From the NCBI GenBank assembly GCA_964016885.1, contig OZ024743.1, positions 71,300,001-71,364,000 of the forward strand: 64,000 nt of DNA. The letters are read 5' to 3'. This document shows positions 1-17,859 of this stretch, in pieces. A model generated the notes under the pieces. That model was not told the origin of the DNA. It did not search any database and was given only the letters and a program-made list of their open reading frames with translations. Numbering within the stretch: position 1 is the first letter of the stretch; each line of letters opens with the position of its first letter. This DNA is from Eledone cirrhosa (taxonomy: Eukaryota). The translations under genes were made by a program, and so were the position numbers.

Positions 1-692
1 TTGTATTATTTTATATGAGATATAATTACAGTTAAAATATATCTCTCTTTCCAAACAATTGTTTCATTATAAGTTTTCTACAAGTTGGGAGAATGTTTCC
101 AGTTTATGTAGAAGCCTAACATATTTTTCTGTGAGAATATATGTAGGTGGGCACTTATAAATCGTCAGTGGATGCCCATTAAACTTTGATATAAGAAAAA
201 AATTCCTTACCGCAGTTGTTTTTCGTGTCCGCTAAGTTGTCCCTTCACGCATCGAATGACCGCCAAATTTGAAATTCCAGCAGTCTTTAGACTGAGGAAG
301 TATCATAGCGTCACGAAGCGGAAAAGGGAGACAATCACGAGTCACGAGAAAAGTAAAATAATATACACGTGGGTTAATTAGTTTTTTCAAAAACATTATC
401 AATCCTGCGTGTTAAGAACTCAATTAATTAAAAAAAAATAAATGTATGCGTGTATTAATTACACACGCATATAGATATTTTCTTAGGCTAAAAACAGAGA
501 AGTGATACCTAAAAAACAAACAATATCTCATAACAGTCATAAATACGGAAAGTTACGTTTATAAGGCACCTGGAAATATAAATCTCTGGCCAAATCAAGA
601 GTAAAATATTTAATACAATAACAGAGAAAGCTTTAAGCTAAACTCCGACTGGTAACCATCTCACTCAACAAACATATATATATATTCCCAGA

Positions 693-2045
693 GAGAGGAA
701 AATCCTTATGAGACGTTGAACCAAGCTCTCAAACCAGTTGAATAGTCAACATGAAAACAAAAACAAGAAGGAATCCTATTTGAAATGTGCACTACTTGGC
801 ACCGAGATTGCACTCAAACTTTCCCATGGAAATGAGAGGGCAAAGGAAGAGAACAGAGCCATAGAAAACATTAAAACAAACCCTAAGGCCTTCTTTAAAT
901 TTGCAAAAGAAACTGCCTCGGTACACTGCAAGATTGGGCCACTCTTCCATACGGACGGTTCATTAACCGAAAACCCCCAAGAGATATGTGAAATACTGAA
1001 CGAACAGTACAAAAGTGTGTTCACATGTCCACTGAGGCACATGCAAATAACGAAGCCAGCGGAGTTCTTTGATGCCACAACACTACATGAAGAAATGGCG
1101 ACCATCAACCACATAGACATAACGGAGGAGGATGTGGTGTATGCCATAGATGAAATTAGAACAGACTCAGCTGCTGGACCTGATGGATTCCCAGCAGTTC
1201 TCTTAAAAACATGTAAGCGGGCCTTTGCAACTCCACTGAAGATGCTCTTCAGAAGCTCTTTGGCTAGCGGTGTACTACCCAGAGAGCTGAAAGAAGGAAC
1301 AATATGCCCTATCCATAAAGGAGGTAGCAGAGCGGAGGACAAAAACTATAGGCCAGTCTCCCTGACGTCGCATATCAGTAAGGTCATGGAGCGAGTCGTC
1401 AGAAAGAAACTGATCACTTTCCTCGAGGAAAATGACCGCCTGACTAGCACGCAACATGGCTTCCGCCCAGGAAGAAGCTGCCTTACACAGCTTCTACATC
1501 ACTACGACTGGGTACTGAAACAACTACTAGACAGCGCACATGTGGACGTGATATATCTTGACTTTGCGAAGGCCTTTGACAAGGTCGACCACGGAATATG
1601 TCACAAACTACACGGACTCGGCATAACTGGAAAAGTAGGTGAGTGGCTGCATGACTTCCTAAAGGACAGAAGCCAGACAGTCGCAGCAAATGGGGCCCTC
1701 TCAAAGGAAACACCAATAACAAGTGGGGTGCCCCAGGGGACAGTCCTGGGACCAGTACTGTTTTTGGTGGCTCTCTCAGACATGCCCTCTGTAGTACATA
1801 CAACAACATCCCTCACTAGCTATGCTGATGACACTAAGGTAGCACAGGCAATAAAAAATCCGGCTGACGCTGCCCTTTTACAACAAGATCTGGATGTCAT
1901 ATACAAATGGGCGGAAGAAAACAACATGCAGTTTAATGCTGGAAAATTCCAAGCCCTACAATACAAACCTCCAAACAAACCTGCAAACACAAATATAGTA
2001 CAACACAACTACACAGGACCAGGAGGGGCCGATATATATAACTAA
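693..2045 (+). mobile_element. CR1/L2-group (Jockey superclade) LINE internal fragment, reverse transcriptase domain
   Basis: ORF 738-2045 has RT motifs AAGPDG, KNYRPVSLTS, QHGFRPGRSCLTQLL, YLDFAKAFDKVDH, GVPQGTVLGPVLF, YADDT. No endonuclease domain or 3' end. A second copy of the family is at 40752-42052. Confidence 0.9.
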
Positions 2046-2444
2046 AGGAGGAGACATGTCTATAAGGGATTGATTGTCTCTGTGTGTCGTTTTATGTCAA
2101 TTTACTCTTGTGGCTTTACACTAGATATGCTGTCTAGGGCAGTGGTCCCCAACCAACGGGCCGTGATCTATTTGGTACCACTCCACACAGAAAGAATAAA
2201 CACATTTTTCCCCGTTTTATTGACTATCGCAGTCTACCTTATGTCGAGTTGGATTGACAGAATCGGTAGAGCGTCGAATATGATTTACGGCAGAGAGTCA
2301 CAGCCCTTTACTTTCTAACTTCAAATACCGCCGCGGTTAGCTTTGCCTCTCATCCTTGCTGGGATCCGCTAAGGTGAAACAATTGTTCTCGGTATGGTGA
2401 ACTAACTGTTGTATAACCACTTCTCTCTCTCTCTCTCTATATAT

Positions 2445-2833
2445 ATATATTAGTAAAAAGGAAAAGAAAATGCTGACAAATTTTTCCCAGTGAAAAATAG
2501 TTTAATTAGGAATAAGTATAAATTAGTAATAAGTATTAGTTAGTATTCAGTTTGAGTTTTTGTTTTTACCGGTTGCGCATTTCTTATGCTTTTCAAAAAT
2601 AATTTTGAGATAGAGTGCTCGTGATTTTTGCTCTAATCTGATTAGAGCAAAAATCACGAGCACTCTATCTCAAAATTATTTTTGAAAAGCATAAGAAATG
2701 CGCAACCGGTAAAAACAAAAACTCAAACTGAATACTAACTAATACTTATTACTAATTTATACTTATTCCTAATTAAACTATTTTTCACTGGGAAAAATTT
2801 GTCAGCATTTTCTTTTCCTTTTTACTAATATAT
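2445..2833. repeat. Near-perfect palindrome, ~190-bp arms, 1-nt spacer at 2639, flanked by (TA)n
   Basis: tagtaaaaaggaaaag...gctctaatc t gattagagc...cttttcctttttacta; the arms are reverse complements. Confidence 0.95.
2679..2714 (+). ncRNA. Degenerate minimal hammerhead-like motif (U3-A8 core, GAAA>GCAA); mirror copy 2564-2599 on -
   Basis: TTT TTGAAAA GCAT-AAGAA-ATGC GCAA CCGG TA AAA = stem I / core / stem II / GAAA-like / palindromic stem III / UA / stem I. Confidence 0.45.
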
Positions 2834-2868
2834 CACAACTCGTGTGTCACACCTCTATTTTTTTAAAA

Positions 2869-4400
<1,532 letters not shown>

Positions 4401-4437
4401 AGGATGAAAGGCAAAGTTATATATATATATTATTATT

Positions 4438-4637
4438 GATGGATTGGCAGTATCGGTAGAGGGTCGGACGCCTTGCTTTCCAGCATAGTTACGTCCCTTT
4501 GCGGTCTGAGTTCAAATCCCGCCGAAGTTAACTTTGCCTTTCATCCTTACGGGGTCGATAAAATAAAGTACCAGTAATGCACTGGGTAATTGCTGGCCTT
4601 GTGCCTAAAGTAGAAACAATTATTATTATTATTATTA
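4438..4637 (+). mobile_element. tRNA-type SINE (family A)
   Basis: A-box-like TGGCAGTATCGGT, B-box GAGTTCAAATCC, body AACTTTGCCTTTCATCCTTACGGGGTCGATAAAATAAAGTACCAG, (TTA)n tail. About 15 copies in the window. Confidence 0.85.
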
Positions 4638-4638
4638 C

Positions 4639-4671
<33 letters not shown>

Positions 4672-4971
4672 GTATATCTTTACCACATGGCCTTTTGATC
4701 GATAAAAGACCTTGGGTGCGCTGCTGATCGCTTTTGATGTCCTATTTTAAGCGCCGAAACATCTATGATCTGCAGTTAACAACTTCTCTTGTTTCGTCCA
4801 TATTACCATCTTAAACTTTTTTTTAGAGTAACCACACAGCTCGCTTCGTTTCTTGTAATTATATATATATATATATACGGATTGTAACGTCCAGTTATAG
4901 TAGGTCCACCAGATTGAACACTCGACGCGTAGTTTCCAGTAAGTATAGAGGTGTAGAACTAAGCTGTGTTT

Positions 4972-5108
4972 AATAATTGTTTCTACATTTGGCACAAGGC
5001 CAGCAAATACCCAGTATATTACTGGTACTTTATTTTATCGACCCCCATAAGGATGAAAGGCAAAGTTAACCTCGGCGGGATTTGAACTCAGACCGTAAAG
5101 GACCGTAA
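4972..5108 (-). mobile_element. SINE family A, 5'-truncated
   Basis: Reverse complement of the body and tail of 4438-4637. Confidence 0.85.
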
Positions 5109-5340
5109 AGTGTGTAATAATAATAATAATGGTTTATGTCTTCATTCCGTTTATTGAGTAGTGACGCGCATTTCGCTATTGCTCAGCTCAAGGTTCGATC
5201 TGTTTAAATCTAGCCCGACTCTGGAATCAAAAGCTCGTCGGATCTTTGTTATGGTTATCAACCGATTTGTAAAAAAACCCCCAAAACAACAAAAAACAGA
5301 ATTGAACAGAAACATAGAGGTAAAGAGGAAATGAATACTT

Positions 5341-5469
<129 letters not shown>

Positions 5470-5669
5470 NNNNNNNNNNNNNNNNNNNNNNNNNNNNNNN
5501 NNNNNNNNNNNNNNNNNNNNNNNNNNNNNNNNNNNNNNNNNNNNNNNNNNNNNNNNNNNNNNNNNNNNNNNNNNNNNNNNNNNNNNNNNNNNNNNNNNNN
5601 NNNNNNNNNNNNNNNNNNNNNNNNNNNNNNNNNNNNNNNNNNNNNNNNNNNNNNNNNNNNNNNNNNNNN
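5470..5669. other. Assembly gap (200 N)
   Basis: Run of N next to a (TG)n array. Confidence 1.
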
Positions 5670-6194
5670 CACCCTGGGTGGTTTTCTGCTAACATGTGTA
5701 GTGTGCATATTGATATTATACGCAAATATATATATGCATGTAGATATCATACATCAAATAAAATCGTAATTGACAATATACACAGAAATTGAACGAAGAC
5801 TGCGTTACACTGTCTTATGTAATCAGTAACGTAATCCATGATACATTAAAAAAGACGATATTATATATAAACTGCATTAGGAGAAAATTAGTGACGGAAA
5901 TATATGAATGTTTATTTAAGCGATCGCTAACCGGAAGTGTTGACATTTGAAAATTTTAAAGAAGTGAATTTTTAAATAAGCAATAAAATGTATCTAATCA
6001 AGAGTCACGAAATTTAGCAGATAAATTATGTAATATTCATTTATTATTTATTCAAAGTAATCCAACTTATTTTACTAACTGGATTAAAAGAAATAAACCG
6101 TATGTAGTCCCGCACTCCTTACTTTATTATAGTTTAGATATTTAACAAAAGTTGGATTTGTAGAAATAATCATGATTAACTAATTTGTTTTCGT

Positions 6195-6230
6195 ACCGAC
6201 CGGTTTCAGCAATGGGTAGCTTTTCAAAGT
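6195..6230 (-). ncRNA. Minimal type-I hammerhead ribozyme, U3-A8 core variant
   Basis: Minus strand: ACT TTGAAAA GC-TACCCATT-GC T GAAA CCGG TC GGT. Confidence 0.6.
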
Positions 6231-6734
6231 TTCATTTTCAGCGTTATAGTTATGTTCAATTTGTATATGTTTTAACACGTGTCTATATATTTTCTAGCCT
6301 CCTCTCTTACCGAACTTTTCTCTTCCCTGATGAAATACTTATGTCTGATACGTTGAAACATTGATTTATTTCTTTATCTTCATTATCAAGCGTGAAACTA
6401 ATAAGAATGTGTTTTTGTATTGCCGTGTTTGTCTTTTTTATTCGCAATCGTGAGACTACGAGTTCAATTCCCGTACTTGACGATACATTATGTTCTTGAA
6501 TAAGGCATTTTATTTCATGTTGCTCTTTCTGCCAGATGTTGCGACCAGTAGATAGTATCAGCAATGGAAAGAGCATTGGAAACATTGCTTCCTTGGTCCG
6601 ATTTAACGAGTTCCATCCCATTCGGTAAGCAAGCGAGATCGGGATTCTTGCCGATTGATATATATTTATATGCATACATACATACATACATGATGGCTGC
6701 CCCTCGTTATCGAGTATGGCCATTGCACGATATA

Positions 6735-6869
6735 CCATTATTGGTCTGAGTTCAAAACCCGCCAAAGTTAACTTTGTCTTTCATCCTTACGGGGTCGATA
6801 AAATAAAGTACCAATAATGTACTGGGATAATTGCTGGCCTTGTGCCAAAAGTAGAAACAATTATTAATA
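6735..6869 (+). mobile_element. SINE family A, partial
   Basis: GGTCTGAGTTCAAAACCCGCC...GTAGAAACAATTATT matches the family consensus. Confidence 0.85.
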
Positions 6870-7200
6870 ATTATCAATTAATGCTATCGTGCAATGCCTG
6901 TGAGTGAAGATTCTTTTTAAAGTGAGGAAAGACTGTGCACTGAGCCAATCCCACTCTCTAAGCGACAGTAGCTATAACCCGAAAAGAAGAAAAGATGAAC
7001 ATCAACTACTGAGCCGCAGGTTTTATGCCGGGGTTATCCCAGTTTCCTGAGTTGCTTTCTCCTAGAAGATTGCCCTGACAAAGGCTAGGGGTCCTTCACT
7101 CCCAGTGGTTTACCTGCGCGATCAGGTGTCCAGCTCGATTATTTGTCCCCGCACATATGCATACACACGTATACATGTATATACATATATACATATATAC

Positions 7201-7257
<57 letters not shown>

Positions 7258-10074
7258 ATTAAGGATAAGGACTTTTTAAGTTGTCCAAAAATGCGCATGG
7301 TTGGCTATTCAGACCACAAATTAGTGACCTGCATGGTCAACCTTGACAGAACTCATAGACAGGGCCCCGGTTACTGGAAGCTCAACTTGTCCTTGCCGGC
7401 AAGTAGAGCCTACAGGAATCGGATTAGTACATTAGTTAAGGAACGGTTGACTGGAGCGATCGTCAACAGCAGGTGGTGGGTATCTCTAAAGAGAGAGATT
7501 AGAGTAGTCTCGATAGAATTTAGTAAGGTTCTAGCTGCTGATAGGAATAGGAAGGAAAGGGAGCTAATAGATAGAGTAGAAGAGGCAATTAGAAGCGGCG
7601 ACGTGGCCAGAGTGCTAGCGTCGAGAACGGCTTTGAGCCAGTTTTTCGACGCGAAGCACGAAGGCTGCGTTGTCCGAAGTAAAATACGTGCTCTAGGGAA
7701 CGAGGGGACCAAAGCTGTTAGCTGGGCCCGCGTGACAGAGGCCAACAGTGGAACTAAATCCACCATCCGGTCTTTGCGAGACCTGGATGGACGGGCGATT
7801 CTTGAGCCTAAGCAGATGTGTGAGGCCTTTCAAAGGCACTTTGCCCGACTGTTCGGGAGGGGCGGGGAGCCGGTTGGGAACGTGGACTTCGGTCCATACC
7901 TCGACGGCCTGCCGCGCCTCTCGGACAGGGAGGCGAAGTCCTGCGAGGAGCCGATTTCGGCCGCTGAGATAGAGGACGTGCTGAGCCAATGCGGCAAACG
8001 CAAATCCCCGGGTCTCGATGGTCTTCCTTACGAATTATATCTAGCTATGCCGGACTTGTTCCCCGATCTCCTCGAGGCGGTCTACTGCAACTGGCAACAG
8101 AACGGGAGAATTCCCTGTACTGTGACCAAGGGCGTAGTCACGCTAGTGAGGAAGGACGAGAACAAGGGGGACGAAATAAGTAACTTCAGGCCCATAACTC
8201 TGCTAAATACAGAGTTACAGATTTTGGCCAAGGTGCTAGCAAAGAGGTTGGCGCTTGTCGTGGGCAACCTGGTGGGAGATGCGCAGACATGCGCTATCCC
8301 GTCCAGGTCCATCCATGACAACCTCCACCTCATGCGATACATCATAGAGAGGGTTGGGAACGAACCCGGCTTTGGTGGGGCTCTGATCAACTTGGATCAA
8401 TCTAAGGCGTTCGATAGGGTCGACCATGGTTACCTGGATGCGGTGCTAGCGGCGGCAGGCTTCGGACCCGTTTTCAGGGGCTGGATCACTGCTATGCACA
8501 GCAGCCGCATCTGCTCTAGGGTCAAGGTGAACGGCTACCTCTCGAAGCCGTTCAAAATCGCGCGGTCCATCCGACAAGGGTGCCCTCTCTCCTCCCTTCT
8601 GTATGTGTTGACTCTCGAGCCACTACTGCGGAAGTTGGAGTTGTTGCAGGGCATCCATTTGGAACCGGGATTGCGGAAAGCGGTGTCGGCCTACGCCGAT
8701 GACGTGACAGTAATGGTGTCGACGGCCTCCGAAATCGAGGCGGTCGGCACCTTACTGGAGGAGTACGAAAAGTTCACAGGGGCTAAGCTGAACCGGGACA
8801 AGTCGATCGGTTTGCAACTCGGCACGTGGAGAGGCAGACCGATGCCCTCCGATGGCGTCGTCGGACGCTGGACGGAGGGCCCGGTGAAGTTGCTCGGGGT
8901 CTGGTTCGGACCGGACCTCCAGGTGGAGAAAAACTGGGCGGAGGTTACGAACAGGGTGTTTGCACTGACCCAGAAGTGGGCCAGTTGCAAACTATCCCTG
9001 AAAGGTCGGGCGGAGGTGGCGAACACCTACATAGCGTCCGTCATCTACTACCGCCTGACCGTAGTGCCCTGCCCAAGGGAAACCCTCACCAAGATGGAGC
9101 GCGCGCTCTTCCAATTCCTTTGGAAGAGGCGGGCTCCTATGGTGAGGAGATCCATCTGCTGTCAACACCCTTCGAAAGGAGGGCTGGAGATGCCGTGGCT
9201 AATGATGCGTAAACACGCATTAAGGCTACGGCACCTCTACGTATTCCTCACCGGACAACCGGTGTGGGCCTCGTTTGTGAGACGAACCTTTCCCAGACTC
9301 GTCTCACTCACCGAGCTGCAATCCTGGGTCAAGCAAAGACCGAGAAAACTGGGCGCCTGGCACACTGAGTGTGCCCAGGCGCTCACCGCCCTCCGGCAGG
9401 CGGATCCGGTTATCAGTGGAGACTCCACCGCAACATTCTATAGAGGGCTGGTACGCAGCAGGTGCGACGACGCCCTCGGATAAGCCCTAGACATGGAGGA
9501 GGACGAACTGGCCAGCCTGTTCGGTAGGACATTCAGCCCGGGACCTATGGACAACTTCCAGAAGTCCCTGGCCTGGCAGTGCTACCGAGGGGCTTTACCC
9601 GTTCGAGAAAGGCTCTACAGACACGGGCGCCCGAGTAGGGACCCCGCCAAAAAGATCTGTCCCAGATGCGTGTGCGACGAGGAAACCGTTGCACACGCAT
9701 TGGTACACTGCTCGGGCGTAGCCGATCTGTGGGGCTATGTCGAACAACTGCTGTCAAGGGTGGGACCGATCTGGTTGACCACCGAGTCTATTGTAATGAT
9801 CAAGCCGCCTCCCCCCTTCAAAGATGAAGCAGAGGCGGTGTTTCTGTGCGTAATAGCCGTGGCGAAAGAGGTTGTATGGTGGACGCGTCTGAAAGGACTG
9901 AGGTCAGGCACCTTTCTCTCTGGCCAACAACTGGTCCGTTTCTTCCGATATCATTTCAGAAGAAGGATCAGGATGGAGAGAGAGGTGCTGCACCCCAGCC
10001 GTTTCTATGAAAGATGGGTGAAAGTGGCGAGAATGGCCCGTGTGAATGGGCCTTCACTCTACATCAGACTATAG
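7258..10074 (+). pseudogene. Tx1-type ORF2 (EN remnant-RT-zinc knuckle) with one in-frame stop at 9481-9483
   Basis: ORFs 7105-9483 and 9493-10074 are in the same frame, separated by a single TAA. The paralog at ~56437 has GAG (Glu) at this position. Confidence 0.88.
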
Positions 10075-10337
10075 GTGAGGAAGATGAAAGACCAAGGGAG
10101 CACCCCTTCTCTGTGCTCCTGAGGAGAAGGGTTGCACACTTTTTTCGGGGGTGTGTGCGACCCCCCAAGGCGCCTCCTCTCTATTGAGGATTTTGTTATA
10201 AATTTTATTTTTTGTTATATCTTATTTTATTTTTATATTTTGTTATTGCCTCCTCCTTATTGAGGACGCCTTTTTGTGTAAACTCCCCCCTTTGTACTTG
10301 TCCCACTTTTGATGCCCTAGTGGCAAATAAAAGAAAC
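7258..10337 (+). mobile_element. L1/Tx1-clade LINE, 5'-truncated, inserted in an (ATCT)n array
   Basis: ORF2 retains the end of the APE endonuclease (SDH, GPGYWKLN), RT (KSPGLDG, NFRPITLLN, LDQSKAFDRVDH, RQGCPLS, YADD) and a C-terminal CCHC knuckle (CPRC..ETVAHALVHC). 3' end GGCAAATAAAAGAAA. (ATCT)n on both sides. Confidence 0.93.
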
Positions 10338-10338
10338 A

Positions 10339-10454
<116 letters not shown>

Positions 10455-10513
10455 AATGAAAGGATCACAAAGGAGAATACATACTGTTGGAACATGTTTA
10501 TACAAAAGCACCT

Positions 10514-10547
10514 CCGTACGTTTCGCCCGAACAGGGCTTCTCAAGGG
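10514..10547 (-). ncRNA. Minimal type-I hammerhead ribozyme, U3-A8 core variant
   Basis: Minus strand: CCC TTGAGAA GCCC-TGTTC-GGGC GAAA CG TA CGG; one stem I mismatch. Confidence 0.55.
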
Positions 10548-10677
10548 CATACAAGTTTAGAGAGTGTTCAGTACAAAACCCAGAAGGGGTTTTAAAGAGA
10601 CAGTCACATCAAAGTTCATTCTTGATTCTTGCATTGCTTATCCCTTTAAACCTCTACTCTCTCACGATACAAAAATA

Positions 10678-10708
<31 letters not shown>

Positions 10709-10943
10709 CATATATACACATGCATACATGTATATTCATATTTACACACTTTTTGATGAGCGCTGACTCTTATGAGTTCTTCCGCCCTTTGTCAGGTTTT
10801 GCTTTTTGTCCTGCAGGGTGTCCAAAAACCTTCCTCACCAAGTAAACTTGGTGGGGTTGCCGGTTTAGCGCCGACGACCCGACCATGCGACAGGTTGTAC
10901 TGGGTTACATGTTACCAGTAACACATAAGAGTGACCCGACATA

Positions 10944-10981
<38 letters not shown>

Positions 10982-11312
10982 CATATATAGTCTTTAAAAA
11001 CAACAGAGGGCTGGATCGGAAACGTTCTTTAAAATCTTAATTCTACGAAAACACGATACATATTTCAATATCCCATTTTCATAATCCGATCATAATGCTT
11101 GACTTAGGCGGTTCCTTCAGGTGTTGATTACAGGATTACGGTGAGCACAAAGAGAGAATAGAAGATAGATTTATTTCGGCGATGTCTTGCCAATTCGGTG
11201 TTATTGTAACGGCAAACCACCCCCGATACACAGGAATCACCTATAACAGGAATCACCTATAACATAAATATATATGGACGTAAGACGGTGATAATGATAT
11301 GTGTATATACAT

Positions 11313-11349
<37 letters not shown>

Positions 11350-11394
11350 GTATATATATATATATGTGTGTGTGTGTATGTTATGTTGGTTCCA

Positions 11395-11625
11395 CAAAAC
11401 TTCCAATCCACCCTGTAAAGTGGTCATGTAAAAGACACGGCAAAAAGCACCCAGCACACACTGTAAATGTGGTTAGCGTTAGGAAGGGCATCCAGTCGTA
11501 GAAAACCAGCCAGAAACAGTTTTATATGAGCGAGACACGGTCACCTGACCCAACTAGCCTCTAAATGGGATAAACCCGTCTAACTTATGCTATCGTGGAA
11601 GATGAATGTTAAACGGTGATGATAT
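11395..11625 (+). mobile_element. Retroposon 3' portion (family B) with (GAT)n tail
   Basis: GTGGTTAGCGTTAGGAAGGGCATCCAG...GTTAAACGGTGATGAT; second copy at 60080-60345. Confidence 0.7.
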
Positions 11626-11822
11626 ATATATATATATATACATACATACATACATACATATATATATAAATATACACGGGTGTGTATGATTGTGTATAGA
11701 AGATTATATTAATAAAAGGAATTCCAACTTTGTCTGATTTACTCGTTTTATTTACAATCCTTTAACATTATAATGATATTAGAATGAAATAGTTGGTAGA
11801 ATATTAAATGTTAAGTGTTAAT

Positions 11823-11861
11823 TGAACAAGTACTTTCATGCTTTCGCAATCTTCAGGTTCA
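11823..11861 (-). ncRNA. Minimal type-I hammerhead ribozyme
   Basis: Minus strand: TGAAC CTGAAGA T TGC-GAAA-GCA T GAAA GTAC TT GTTCA. Perfect 5-bp stem I, palindromic stem III. Confidence 0.85.
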
Positions 11862-12000
11862 TATTCTGTGGTGACAGTCAAGTTTGCAATTTTCAACTGT
11901 ATATATATATATATACAAGTTCATCCCGGGTTCAGTCGGAGGTAACCACAGTAAGTAAGGAACTCAATACAAAGCAGAGTATAAATATTTAATATAGAAA

Positions 12001-12051
12001 GGCTTCTACAGGACTAGAACTGTTTCATTCGGGAGAAATCATCAGAAAGCC
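12001..12051 (-). ncRNA. Type-I hammerhead ribozyme (left arm of palindrome 11996-12113)
   Basis: Minus strand: GGCTTT CTGATGA T TTC-TCCC-GAA T GAAA CAG-TTCTAGTC-CTG TA GAAGCC. Confidence 0.85.
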
Positions 12052-12057
12052 CATGAT

Positions 12058-12211
<154 letters not shown>

Positions 12212-12357
12212 CCAAAGATTAATATAATACGTTGATTACTCAATGAATACAAGTTTACAATAGATTAAAAGCACTCAGCAAGAAAGTTTTCCTGGAGTTT
12301 GTAATATTATTCAAAATATTAACAAATGAAAGATATTCACATAATCAAAATATATGC

Positions 12358-12419
12358 TTTATTATATATATTTCAAAGGTACTGTGTTTTTTTATTTCAG
12401 TACGTCTTCATCAGATAAA
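12358..12419 (-). ncRNA. Minimal type-I hammerhead ribozyme (TTTAT stem I family)
   Basis: Minus strand: TTTAT CTGATGA AGAC-GTACTG..CAGTAC-CTTT GAAA TATATA TA ATAAA. Confidence 0.8.
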
Positions 12420-12493
12420 ATATATGATTTGATATATGACATACCGCTACGGTCTTGATTATAAAATTCCAGTATAGAAATATATATATATAT

Positions 12494-12691
12494 GACGAAG
12501 GAAGTGTGGTAAGGAACCAGGTGGACCATAACGCACCAGAATGCTCGATACTTTGGGTAGTAGAGTGGGTAATAGGAAAATAGTCAGGACCCCGACGGCA
12601 GAGCTCAAGCCGTTTCGACGGCTATTTCTGTCCAGAAATAGCCGTCGAAACGGCTTGAGCTCTGCCGTCGGGGTCCTGACTATTTTCCTAT
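12494..12691. mobile_element. Fold-back element family X (half-hammerhead), palindrome 12572-12691
   Basis: Shared body GGACCATAACGCACC...GACCCCGACGGCAGAGCTCAAGCCGTTTCGACG followed by its inverted copy; between (TA)n tracts. Confidence 0.85.
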
Positions 12692-12859
12692 ATATATACT
12701 GTATATATATATATATATATAAATATAAATTAGCGAAGATCGTATTTCGGCTATTGGAAATTAGCGAAAGACACCTTCTGAGGAGTGAGGCAAGCGCTCC
12801 ATAGAAGCTAGTGTTCTAGAGCAACAACGTAAGTTAAGAGGCAAAACATATATATATAA

Positions 12860-12927
12860 TGCGTGTGTATGCGTGTGTATGCGTGTGTATGCGTGTGTAT
12901 GCGTGTGTATGCGTGTGTATGCGTGTG
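12860..12927. repeat. 10-bp tandem repeat (GCGTGTGTAT)n
   Basis: About 7 perfect units. Confidence 0.95.
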
Positions 12928-12949
12928 TCTGTCAATTTATGTTTGTTTG

Positions 12950-13320
12950 TGTATACATCTACATCACTTAACAACCTATTTGTTTGATTGGATCTTTTAA
13001 CTTAGCAGTTCGACAAATACAATTGATTGATAAGTAGCAGGCATAAAATAGAGCTGGGGTTAATATGATTCAATAAATAAAGGTGGTGCCCCAGCATGGC
13101 CATAGTATAATGACTGAAATCAGTAAAACAATCCTGGGGTTAATACGATCGGCTAAATCAAGGTGGTGCCCCAGTATGGCCGCAGTCAAACGACCGAAAT
13201 CAGTAAAATAAAGCTGGTGTTGATATGATTGACTAAATCAAGGTGGTGCTCCAGTATGGCGGCAGTATAATGACTGATGTAGGTAAAACAATCCTGGGGT
13301 GGTGCCCCAGCATGGTCTTG
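12950..13320 (+). mobile_element. SINE-like element with a tandemly reiterated LINE-derived 3' tail
   Basis: GGTGGTGC(C/T)CCAG(C/T)ATGG occurs four times (~80-bp period) and matches the LINE 3' end at 41991-42052. Confidence 0.65.
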
Positions 13321-13371
13321 GATGTGATGCCTGGGTAAAGAATACGATGAGGTGTAGAGATACAAAGACAA

Positions 13372-13437
<66 letters not shown>

Positions 13438-13602
13438 GTTCAGCACATCGGTAGGGGTTCTCCTACATGGATCTAAAGTAGTGGCTGTACTCGAAAACGA
13501 GTTGGCAGCCACCATATATATATATATATATATATATACATATGTTGATTTAAAACTGCACTATCAACAAGTGTTTTTTAGCCTTCATATCATGTTCTCC
13601 TG

Positions 13603-13669
13603 TTTTATCTGATGAAAACACAAATATTATTGTTTGATGATGTTTGTTTTTGAAATGCGCATAATAAAA
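13603..13669 (+). ncRNA. Minimal type-I hammerhead ribozyme with long stem II
   Basis: TTTTAT CTGATGA AAACA-CAAATATTATT-GTTT-GATGATGTTTG-TTTTT GAAA TGCGCA TA ATAAAA. Confidence 0.85.
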
Positions 13670-13699
13670 TATATGGAACTCCTTTAACCATCTTTTGAT

Positions 13700-16990
<3,291 letters not shown>

Positions 16991-17197
16991 CAGCTAAGGG
17001 GGGAAAACCGTGTCTGTTGGTAGGGCAAAAAAAAAAAAAAAGAAGCTAAATACAGAAAAAAGAAAACATGCGGTTGTGTTTACGTGGTTTCCTGGCCATT
17101 AGTTTGATTTCCTGATGGTGTGTTGGATATCAGGACACGGGAAGAAGACGAAGAAGAAGAAGAAGAAAAAGCATCGGGCCCGACATTGCATTTCTCA

Positions 17198-17297
17198 ATG
17201 ATTCCCTATTCTTTACGTCTGTGTCGCAGCCTTATATTGGCATCACTGCTCGGTGCATACTGGATAGTCTACGGACAAAAACTCTCTCGCAAACTCG
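17198..17297 (+). CDS. Candidate first coding exon of a host gene for a secreted or membrane protein (signal peptide)
   Basis: ATG at 17198 gives [33 protein letters not shown](G), ending at G|GTCAGT (phase-1 donor). It is a unique-sequence island after GA-rich upstream DNA. No downstream exon identified. Confidence 0.45.
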
Positions 17298-17357
17298 GTC
17301 AGTACCCTTATATTTTTCATTCCCTTGCATGTATTTTTGTATGTGTACGTCTCTGGT

Positions 17358-17397
<40 letters not shown>

Positions 17398-17398
17398 C

Positions 17399-17497
<99 letters not shown>

Positions 17498-17619
17498 TAT
17501 AGTAATAAATAATAAATCCAAAGAGGGCTCGATAAGGATAAATATATATCAGAAGATCCCGTTAAGGGTGAAACCAGCGATTCTTTAATCAGCGAAACTT
17601 TAATCTGTTATTTTAATAA

Positions 17620-17712
<93 letters not shown>

Positions 17713-17725
17713 CATATATATATAC

Positions 17726-17859
<134 letters not shown>

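Noticed and set aside
2445-2833. All palindromes being amplification or assembly chimeras
   Set aside because: Cannot be excluded for the perfect ones. As a general explanation it fails because of diverged arms (26812, 25131), the same endpoint in independent family X copies, and consistent association with HHRs.
7105-7257. N-terminal extension of the 792-aa ORF
   Set aside because: Reads through flanking DNA and the (ATCT)n target; the element starts at about 7258.
10117-10170. CTGAGGA plus hairpin in the Tx1 3' UTR as a hammerhead
   Set aside because: No GAAA, stem III or UH follows the hairpin.
13079-13320. Repeat-spacer pattern resembling CRISPR
   Set aside because: The intervening sequences are homologous to each other and the repeat is a LINE-derived tail in a eukaryotic context.
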